From positions 1-36,622 of the IMG/VR virus record IMGVR_UViG_3300014885_000002: a DNA stretch of 36,622 nucleotides, one strand, 5' to 3'. A program made the position numbers and the translations under genes. Source of the stretch: a virus (Duplodnaviria > Caudoviricetes). Below the pieces are notes generated by a model. That model was not told where the DNA came from. It worked only from the letters and a program-made list of their open reading frames with translations, and did not search any database. Below are positions 35,140 to 36,622 of this stretch, piece by piece; positions within the stretch are counted from its first letter, which is position 1, and every line of letters begins with the position of its first letter.

Positions 35140-35413
35140 TTCTATTCCCCTTAAGTTGTAATCGTTCAAACTCTTTCTTAGCCGATGCCTTCTTCAAAAC
35201 ATCCATACAATATTTAACACAAAGTTCTGCAAATGGTCTTCCGGTCAATTTTGTTGCACTCAACACTTTTGCAGTTTCTGCATCAAGCACCATTGGGAAA
35301 TTAGTTTCTTGTGCTCCCACTTGTTTAATCTCAATCGTAGAAACACGCGGAACTTTAAATCCACACCCACATTCATCTCTAAACATCAATGTATCGCAAT
35401 CAGGACAGTTCAT
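35129..35413 (-). CDS. Hypothetical protein with N-terminal Zn ribbon
   Basis: CPDC...CGCG. Confidence 0.65.
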   Translation of the reverse strand: MNCPDCDTLMFRDECGCGFKVPRVSTIEIKQVGAQETNFPMVLDAETAKVLSATKLTGRPFAELCVKYCMDVLKKASAKKEFERLQLKGNRNVN

Positions 35414-35748
35414 TCTTCTCCCTCCATTAATTCTGGATTTTCGTAAATGTTTCCTATAACGATAGATCCAAATTCATTCTTACCAAAGAGAAGACTTCCA
35501 CATGTAAAAGATGCTCTTTCCTCATCCCAATCAACAATATAATTTTCATTATTTAGCTGCATTACGTCGCTCTCATAAATCTCTTTCCCATTCTTGTCTT
35601 TAAGCCCGGTATATTGCATAAAGATATAATCATCTTCTTCTTTGGTTGGATATGAACCCAATACTCCGTGATAAAGTTTTGGCGTATTTAAATCATAAAT
35701 CATTACCTTGTCTTCAGGATGCCACGCTCTAAATTTAATCTCTCTCAT
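35410..35748 (-). CDS. YopX-family protein
   Basis: MREIKFRAW, MQYTGLKDKNGKEIYE.D, VIGNIYENPEL. Confidence 0.93.
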   Translation of the reverse strand: MREIKFRAWHPEDKVMIYDLNTPKLYHGVLGSYPTKEEDDYIFMQYTGLKDKNGKEIYESDVMQLNNENYIVDWDEERASFTCGSLLFGKNEFGSIVIGNIYENPELMEGEE

Positions 35749-36086
35749 TCTTCTATCTCCACAAGTTTATAGCGCCTAGATAAATCTAGATTTTTTTCAT
35801 CAGGGAAAGTCCCCAGAGGTTCTCCATTTAACTTATAATTCCACGCATCAGACGATTGCATCGAGTTATCCCCATAATCAATTTCATTTATTTGTTTTAT
35901 TACTCCTTCTCCGTCTTTATAAATATCTCCTATTTTGATTCTTCGTTTTGGTTTTTCTATTAAACTCCCAGTAATGGAATAAAGATGTTTAATCTTATCT
36001 CTACATTCTGAATTCATTCCTTTCGATAAACATAAAATTTCTCTAATTGCGTCAATAAGTTTTTCAGCTTCTTCTTTAGTAAGCAT
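35745..36086 (-). CDS. Hypothetical protein, MLTxxE/GDIYxDG family
   Basis: GGAGAG RBS; shared motifs. Confidence 0.8.
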   Translation of the reverse strand: MLTKEEAEKLIDAIREILCLSKGMNSECRDKIKHLYSITGSLIEKPKRRIKIGDIYKDGEGVIKQINEIDYGDNSMQSSDAWNYKLNGEPLGTFPDEKNLDLSRRYKLVEIEE

Positions 36087-36120
36087 TTTATTCTCTCCGA
36101 TTAATTATTAATTACACTCC

Positions 36121-36152
36121 TCATAATAATAATAATAATAAGATTTGTCAAA
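36121..36152 (-). promoter_or_regulatory. Leftward promoter with (TAT)6 tract, copy 2
   Basis: TTGACA-17 bp-TATTAT; the -35 box contains the rep TGA stop. Confidence 0.75.
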
Positions 36153-36622
36153 TTGCTTGCATAATATTTTTCTTTTCGTCTGCAGTTACAACTTCAGGTA
36201 AGTATTTATCATAGAAATTACTTTTATTAAAAAGGGTTGATGGTCTTAAATATTTTTCCATTTCTTTATTGCTTCCCCACTCTCTATGCTTCCTAACAAT
36301 CACTTGCTTGCATTGCTCCAAAGTAATTCCTTCTTTCAATCTCTGAATGATAGGTTTTAGGGTAGTCTCCGCATACCGATAATTTCTTCCTGTCTTCTGT
36401 CTTAAGAAATCAATAACCAGTTTTGCGGTACTCCGCAAAACAGAAGAAGGATGGTTTTTAGCGGCTGAACTTTCAGATTCAACTTTCTTTCCTTTAGTTT
36501 CTTTATTATCTAGTTCTTTATCATTTATATTATAGGGTGACATGGGCGTCACCCCCCCCATGACGCCGGCGTCACCCCCCCATGACGCCGGCGTCACCCC
36601 TACCTCACTAGAAAGCACGTCA
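36148..36622 (-). CDS. Phage replication initiator, 3' part (conserved phage C-terminal domain)
   Basis: I..L...TG..Y, I..RL.EG, W......KYLRP.TLF...F..Y motif. Confidence 0.88.
   Translation of the reverse strand, partial: DVLSSEVGVTPASWGGDAGVMGGVTPMSPYNINDKELDNKETKGKKVESESSAAKNHPSSVLRSTAKLVIDFLRQKTGRNYRYAETTLKPIIQRLKEGITLEQCKQVIVRKHREWGSNKEMEKYLRPSTLFNKSNFYDKYLPEVVTADEKKNIMQAI
36500..36622. repeat. Terminal overlap identical to 1-123
   Basis: Exact match. Confidence 0.97.

Noticed and set aside
1-36622. Stop-codon reassignment
   Set aside because: Conserved genes are intact under the standard code, and TAA, TGA and TAG all end genes at operon junctions
1-36622. Specific host assignment
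   Set aside because: Features fit an AT-rich Gram-negative proteobacterium, but nothing in the sequence alone fixes a taxon

Overview
The window appears to be a complete, circularly closed AT-rich bacteriophage genome of about 36,499 bp: bases 1-123 are identical to 36500-36622, and the replication gene reads through that junction. The virion module is P22-like (podovirus): large terminase, portal, scaffold, coat, head-tail adaptor, gp10-like stabilisation protein, three ejection proteins and three tail fibre/spike proteins. It also has a 3TM holin and a GH108 endolysin encoded on the opposite, early strand. A divergent promoter region at 644-781 separates a leftward arm (Cro-like HTH, initiator with internal palindromic iterons, YopX, RusA, tRNA-Asn, TerS, about 20 small genes, TerL, virion genes) from a rightward arm (small proteins, RecT-like annealase, DUF669-type SSB, Gly-Asp-Tyr repeat proteins, endolysin). 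No integrase, CI repressor, partition system or helicase loader was recognised. The most striking unexplained features are: a 180-nt CCA-ending tRNA-like RNA 6 nt downstream of tRNA-Asn; a stand-alone copy of the tail protein's virion-attachment domain; a 45-aa acidic peptide ending like an SSB tail; a hairpin burying the coat-gene ribosome binding site; a nested dual-frame gene; a duplicated (TAT)n promoter; and many paralog sets. Family assignments come from motif recognition by eye; no database searches were run.
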